From Zygophlyctis sp. KS116 (Eukaryota; Fungi; Chytridiomycota), in contig BAAFSQ010000058.1 of the NCBI GenBank assembly GCA_054661495.1, positions 16,891-48,890 on the forward strand: DNA of 32,000 bases. The letters run 5' to 3'. The notes under the pieces are model-generated. The model was not told the DNA's origin and did not search any database. It saw nothing but the letters and a program-made list of their open reading frames with translations. Of this stretch, positions 25,959 through 32,000 are shown one piece after another (position 1 is the first letter of the stretch; every line of letters starts with the position of its first letter). The position numbers and the translations under genes are program-made.

Positions 25959-26460
25959 ATGCAACCAATTGGACTCGGATTATCAATATTAGTACCATTG
26001 GGTCTTGGACTGTCTTCTGGTTATATAACTCAGTCATCAATTAAAACGTGGTATACAACTTTAGAAAAACCATTTTTTACTCCTCCAAATTGGGGTATTT
26101 TAAATATTTCTGACTCTAGTATTTCCTGTAGCTTGGACATTTCTTTATATTTCCATGGGAGTTTGTTCTCACATTGTTTCTGAAGAGGTTGGTTTTAATA
26201 GTGTTCCAATGATTTGGTATGCAATTCAATTAGCCTTGAATTTATCTTGGACTCCAGTGTTTTTTGGACTCAAGCAGCCAGGATGGGCTCTAGTCATTAT
26301 TTCTGGGCTATGGGCCACTGTAGCAAAGACATCAATGTTATTTTATGATGTGTCACCGATCGCTGGATTAGGAATGGTACCGTATTTGTTATGGGTTACT
26401 TATGCATCTGCATTAAATGCAGCTATATGGTTCAAAAATCCTAAAGAAAAAAAAGAGTAA
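25959..26460 (+). CDS. TSPO: TspO/MBR translocator protein
   Basis: WYTTLEKPFFTPPNWVFPVAWTFLY, QLALNLSWTPVFFG and PYLLWVTYASALN; one 25-nt intron. Confidence 0.95.
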
Positions 26461-26488
26461 TAAATTTTCAAGTTTATGGCTCCAAAAC

Positions 26489-27129
26489 TTACGCTGGAAC
26501 TGGACTAACATCATGTCCAATTTCCTTGAGTGCTTTTTTAGATCCACTCACTCTTAATGAAGAGCGTGATTCATTATTCTTGACAACAATCACTGCACAT
26601 TTGACATGGTGTACTAAATGATCTGAAGTACTTCCAACAAATGCTCTAGATTCTTTAAAAAATGTAAAACATACCTTTTTATTGCGCCCATTCCTCGACT
26701 ACCAACAATTAAAAGATCAGCATTCAATTCGTCAACTTTTCTAGCGATTTCGTCTCTTGCATCACCACTAAGAGAAATCGCTTTTAGAGTAAACTTTTTC
26801 GGTTTCAAATATTCTGCAGCCTTTTTCAAGATATCATGAGAAGTGGATCTATTTTGAGTTTCAAGTAAAGCCAAATATCCACTAAAATCCATCGGTACAC
26901 CAGAAGGACCAGGATATACAACTGGAACAGGACGTACATTTAATAAAACAATCAGATCAGTCTCTGGCTTGAGAACATTTTTCACGGCTAAGATTAAATA
27001 ATGTTAAATACCCCATTCAAGAGCGATTTGGGCATTCTCTGAAGCATCTAATGCGATAGCTACAATTCTAGATACTGAAGAATGATGTTCATCATCATGA
27101 ATAAAATCAGTAGTGTTTACACCTTCCAT
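26489..27129 (-). CDS. Universal stress protein A-like (copy 2, with C-terminal extension)
   Basis: RIVAIALDASENAQIALEWA, GDARDEI and LLIVGSRGMG...VGSTSDHLVHHVKCAVIVV; same two intron positions as copy 1. Confidence 0.92.
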
Positions 27130-27470
27130 TTAATTCTATGCGCCTGACCTACTTTGACGCTGATTTTTAGATTTTTCCTGTCGCAGATCCGTTGAGGTGA
27201 AAACTCTAGTTTTAGGCTCAAATTGAAAAATATGTTGTATTAGTCATAACAATGGGTAGTAATGTTTTCTAATTTACAATTCTTATTTATTGAGATATCT
27301 GTGAGTTCTGGTTTATCCATGAGAACGTTGAAAGAATCCAAGAAAAATTTTCACTGAGAAGACGAGGGCCGGAAGTCATTAGGCCGGGGAGAAGAGCTAG
27401 AAGCAGGCCGAGGTGGAGAGATCAGAGTAAGACTCAGGGGATGGTCTATAAGCAAATTCGAATTACAAAA

Positions 27471-30400
27471 ATGTCGATTGAATTGGACTCTGCTCTTTTC
27501 CACAAGAGGGCAAAGACATTGACTTCTGCTTTCAAGGTAAAATGCGATTTATAGTTTTATTTTAAGAATGGAAGGAAAAATGGGTTTAATTCTGCTGATT
27601 TTCTACTAGTTGCAGTCGGTGCAGCATCTGAAGACGAAAATCCATACGCTAAAAGTACTTCGCTTCAAATATGGTTGCTAGGCTATGAATTCCCTGATAC
27701 TCTCATGGCAATTACAGAGTCTGGTTTTGTTTTTCTGACTTCCGCTAAAAAATCAGCAATACTGGAATCTTTGATTGATCCAAAGGGTGTATCAATTCAA
27801 ATATTCAAGCGAAGTAAAGTTGTTCAAGAGAATGCATCACTGTTTAAGGATTTTTTTAATGTTTTATCCAAGAGTTTTGGTGGGGTATTCATCTAAATTG
27901 GAATTAATAATTAGGAAAAAATGGGAGTATTGACAAAAGAAGATCCAAAGGGGAAGTTTATAGCTGAATACAAGTCTAGTTTAAGCTCATCTGGTCATAA
28001 ATTTGATATGGTTGATATAGCGGCTGGTCTAGGAGGCACATTGGCAGTAAAAGATGAGGATGAAATTGTAAAAATATTTCAAACTTACTTTAATAGAAAA
28101 CAGTCAAACAATCTGCGAAATTGACGTCTGTCTTGATGAATGATGTGTTTGTTGAAGAAATGCAAAATGTAATTGATTCCGGAACGGTTATTACTCATGA
28201 AAAAATGGCTTCAATGATTGAAAGCAAGCTTTTAAATGAAAAAGAAAGAGCAAAGCTGAAGCTTCCAGTAGATATGGTCCTTGATTTGACTGACTGGTCA
28301 TATACCCCAATTGTACAGTCTGGTGGAAAATATGATTTGAAACCGTCGGCTACTAGTAATGGGGATAAGTTACATGCAGGAACAGTTATTTGTAGCTTGG
28401 GAGGTCGATACAAGAGCTACTGTACCAATATCTCTAGGACGTATTTAGTGGATCCAGAAAAGGTATTAAGGATCATCCTAATATTTTAGGAGAAGGAGGA
28501 AAATTACAAGCTTCTTGTGGAATTGCAAGACTATATATTATCAATTTTACGTCCAAATAACATTTGTTCTGATATTTATGCAAAGGCTATTGCATTTATT
28601 GAAAAGCGAAAACCAGAACTTAAGGATCATTTTGTTAAAAATTGTGGATTTAGTGTAAGAAACTTTCATTGACTAATCGGTAGACTGGTTTGGAATTCCG
28701 TGAATCAATGTTTGTCCTTGGTCCAAAATGTTCATTGCCTCTACAATCTGGAATGGTAATCAACCTATCAATGGGATTTACAAACCTTGAAATATCCTCT
28801 CAACAAGATTCCAAGAAGAAAATGTATATTGACGATTTTATTAAATAATAGCTACTCCCTCTTACTCGCAGATACGGTTTATATAGCTCATGATGGATCG
28901 TTTGTGTTAACTCAGTCCGACAAAGACTTGAAAGACATATCATATGCTATGGGTGTATGTTTCATAGTGATTCTAAATATTAGGATGACAGTGAAGAGTC
29001 TTCTGATCAAGAAAATATCAAGAAAGAGAAGAAGAAAGAAAAGAATTCAAAGGCTCCTGTTCCGTCAAAAAGAACAGCTGTGCTCGATTCTCGCAGAAGG
29101 GATGAAACAGATAAAGCGAATGAGGCAGAAAAACTCAAACTACATCAAGAAGCACTTCATAAAGCCAAGCAAGAGGAAGGAAAAGCTAGATTTTCCTCAG
29201 GCCATGAAGACGAAACTCCTACTGAAAAGGCACAATTCAAAAAATTCGAAAGTTATCGTAAGGATGTACAGATTCCTAATAGAGTAATGGATCTTAAGGT
29301 ATTTCTAATTTATATAAATCATTCTTAGATAGTAGTTGATCGAAAAGCAGAAACGGTTGTACTCCCAATATATGGACAAGCTATCCCTTTCCATGTTTCT
29401 ACAATCAAGAATGTAACAAAGAGTGATGAACAAGAATATACACTTATTCGTTTCAATTTTGTTACTCCTGGAATCACTGTTAACAAAAAGGATAATGCTG
29501 TATAATTAGAAATATTTACTCTAGGTTTTTGAAAATCCTTCTGCCAACTTCATTCGAGCATTGAGTTTCAAAAGTGCTGAAACTTACCGTATGAATGAAC
29601 TCTGCAAAGATATTAATGAATTGAAAAAAGAATACCAAAAAAGAGAGGCCGAAAGGAAGCAAATGGCTGACCTCATTGAACAAGATGACTTGATAGAAAT
29701 AAAAGGTAGATCAATTTGTCAACTAATTAAAAGGTCGTAGACCGTTAAGACTTCCTGAAGTTTTTGCAAGACCCGCTATGGAAGGAAAACGGCGTCCAGG
29801 AGATTTAGAGATTCATCAAAATGGTTTAAGATACTTATCACAGCTGAAGGGAGACCAAAAGATTGATATAGTTTTCTCAAACATTAAGCACTTATTTTTC
29901 CAGCCTTGTGATGGTGAAATGATCGTACTTTTGCATGTTCATCTCAAAAATCCTATTATGATTGGGAAAAAGAAAACAAAAGATGTACAATTCTACCGAG
30001 AAGTTACTGATAACAACTTTGACGAAACCGGAAATCGGCGTAGAAGAGTAAATTATGGAGATGAAGATGAATTAGCAGCCGAACAAGAAGAAAGACGCAG
30101 AAGAGCTCTTTTAAATAAAGAGTTCCAAGCCTTCTCGGAAAAGATTTCAGAAATGGTATGCAATTCAACTTTTTTAAATAGTAGAGTAAAGGAAAATGTG
30201 ATGTTGATGTACCATTTAGAGATTTAGGATTTCAAGGAGTTCCACATCGCCAACAAGCACTCTTACAACCCACAACAGACTGTCTCGTTCAATTAACTGA
30301 ACTTCCTTTCCTAGTCATCACTCTCTCAGATGTTGAAATAGTTCATTTGGAACGTGTCCAGTTTGGTCTTAAAAACTTTGATATTGTGTTTGTATTTAAA

Positions 30401-30917
30401 AATTTCAAACAACCAGTGGTGCATGTGAATTCCGTTCCTGTATCTCAACTGGAGGCCGTAAAAGAATGGTTAGAGTAAGTTTACATTATTAACATTTTTA
30501 GTAGCGTAGATATATGCTTTACTGAAGGTCCAGTCAATTTAAGCTGGCCTCAAATTATGAAAACTGTAAATGATGACCCTGCAGCATTTTTCAATGAAGG
30601 CGGATGGTCTTTCCTCTTTCCAGCAGGTGGTGAGGACGATGCAGATGAAGACGATGAAATCTCAGAATTTGAAATGGTAAGTTTTCAACAATAATATAAA
30701 GGCAACTTCTGAAGTTGAGGCATCTGAATCAGAGTCTGATGCATCTATTGCAACAGAGTCTGCGTCTGATGATTACTCTGGTTCTGGATCAGAAGAAGAC
30801 GAATCAGAAGGAGAGGACTGGGATGAATTAGAACGTAAAGCTGAAGCTAAAGATGCAAAAAAAGGAAGATCTAGGGAGTTGTCTGATGATGACCGACCTA
30901 AAAAGTTTAAGCGTTAA
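27471..30917 (+). CDS. SPT16: FACT complex subunit Spt16
   Basis: [62 protein letters not shown] and acidic tail [11 protein letters not shown]; many microintrons. Confidence 0.97.
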
Positions 30918-30945
30918 TAAGATTTTCGTCTAGGTTAATTTTTTG

Positions 30946-31532
30946 ATGTCAGGACTCCCAAAACGAATCATTAAAGTATCTCCCATCTAGATAATATTAG
31001 GAAACCGAGCGATTGTTGGCAGAGCCAGTTGTAGGGATATCTGCGTCTCCTCATGAAGAAAACCTCCGTTACTTTGATGTTTCAATCACTGGACCTGAAC
31101 AATCCCCTTTTGAAGGTATTTTATAATCTCTAATTGGTACAGGCGGATCGTTCCAATTAGAATTATATCTCCCTGAAGAGTACCCAATGGCACCTCCTAA
31201 AGTACGATTTCTAACAAAGATTTATCATCCTAATATTGATAAATTAGGAAGAATATGTCTAGATATTCTCAAAGGTAATTATTTAAATTATAAAAATTGT
31301 AGATAAATGGTCTCCTGCTCTACAAATTAGAACTGTTTTACTATCAATCCAAGCACTATTATCTGCCCCTAATCCAGGTATTATATTTCTTCTTAGATTA
31401 GATGATCCACTTGCCAATGATGTAGCACAGCATTGGAAAGAGAATGAGAAGGATGCAATTTCTACTGGTAATTACTAAATATAATGAATAGCAAAATCAT
31501 GGACAGAGAAATACGCCACTGCAAAATCTTAA
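30946..31532 (+). CDS. UBC13: Ubiquitin-conjugating enzyme E2 N (K63 chains)
   Basis: [23 protein letters not shown] and [37 protein letters not shown]; 5 microintrons. Confidence 0.97.
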
Positions 31533-31616
31533 TAAATTGTTCCATCTGCTGTTACCTGTTACCTTTTACCAGATAAATTTTCATGATTTTTGGGTCTGAA
31601 AGATTTGCAAGGTGCG

Positions 31617-31650
31617 TCCATTGTCTCCAATTGTCTCCAATTGTCTCAAT
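31617..31650 (+). repeat. ~3 copies of a 10-bp tandem repeat (TTGTCTCCAA)
   Basis: tcca ttgtctccaa ttgtctccaa ttgtctcaat seen directly. Confidence 0.85.
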
Positions 31651-31769
31651 CATTCAATTATACTGCAAGAGCACAAGACAACTCTTTAATCATGACTAAA
31701 CCATTATGATTTTAGGGATTTTAAGAAATTAAAGCGAAAATTTCCATTTTAAATTTTTAATTAGTAAAC

Positions 31770-32000
31770 ATGTGGCTATCAGACTCTCAGAGTATTTTTT
31801 ATAGTTTAAAGTTTTAGAAATTGGAGTTGGATTAACTGCTTTTGGACTTTTCTTTATGATTTTGGGAGTTTTATTATTCTTTGATGGTGGATTATTAGCA
31901 ATTGGGAATATTGTAACAATAAGCTGATGGTATCATGAGGATGTCATCCTCTGTTGACGTCATAATAAATAGAGATTCTTTATCTTCTGTTAGACATTTC
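31770..32000 (+). CDS. GOT1: Got1/GOLT1 vesicle transport protein, 5' part only
   Basis: [39 protein letters not shown] after removing a 26-nt intron; the next intron starts at 31913. Confidence 0.9.
31925..31999 (+). ncRNA. Candidate compact intronic H/ACA snoRNA
   Basis: Hairpin, ATAATA (H box), hairpin, ACA+3 nt inside an anomalously long GOT1 intron. Confidence 0.35.

Noticed and set aside
21281-26460. Mitochondrial membrane cluster (MDM31, PHB1, TSPO)
   Set aside because: Interrupted by RRP46, USP and Hsp20; three mitochondrial genes in 5 kb is unremarkable at this gene density.
31617-31650. 10-bp repeat as a CRISPR-like or telomeric array
   Set aside because: Only about 3 units, no spacers and an internal position: an ordinary minisatellite.

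Overview
AT-rich, extremely compact eukaryotic DNA, most likely from a zoosporic (chytrid-type) fungus. The proteins are fungal-like, and a CEP43/FOP centriole gene implies centrioles. About 24 protein-coding genes are packed into 32 kb, interrupted by tiny GT-AG introns (24-33 nt wherever I measured them), and many intergenic gaps are only 8-45 bp. Gene order: myosin II (-, runs off the left edge), a tandem short-tailed myosin II paralog (-), stand-alone SET protein (+), F-BAR + 4xSH3 protein (+), GDP-mannose transporter (-, apparent frameshift), TM9SF (+), TAD2 (+), orphan TM protein (+), LAS1 (-), TPR protein (+), ketopantoate reductase (+), Maf (-), CEP43/FOP (-), orphan hydrophobic protein (-), MDM31 (-), RRP46 (+), PHB1 (-), USP (-), Hsp20 (-), TSPO (+), USP (-), SPT16 (+), UBC13 (+), GOT1 (+, partial). 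Most notable: (1) an intact myosin II motor with almost no rod that shares conversion-like tracts with its neighbour; (2) a USP-Hsp20-TSPO-USP stress cluster around a symmetric bidirectional promoter; (3) gene spacing too tight for conventional promoters and UTRs; (4) candidate ncRNAs near the right end. All calls come from manual translation and recognition of family motifs; no searches were run.
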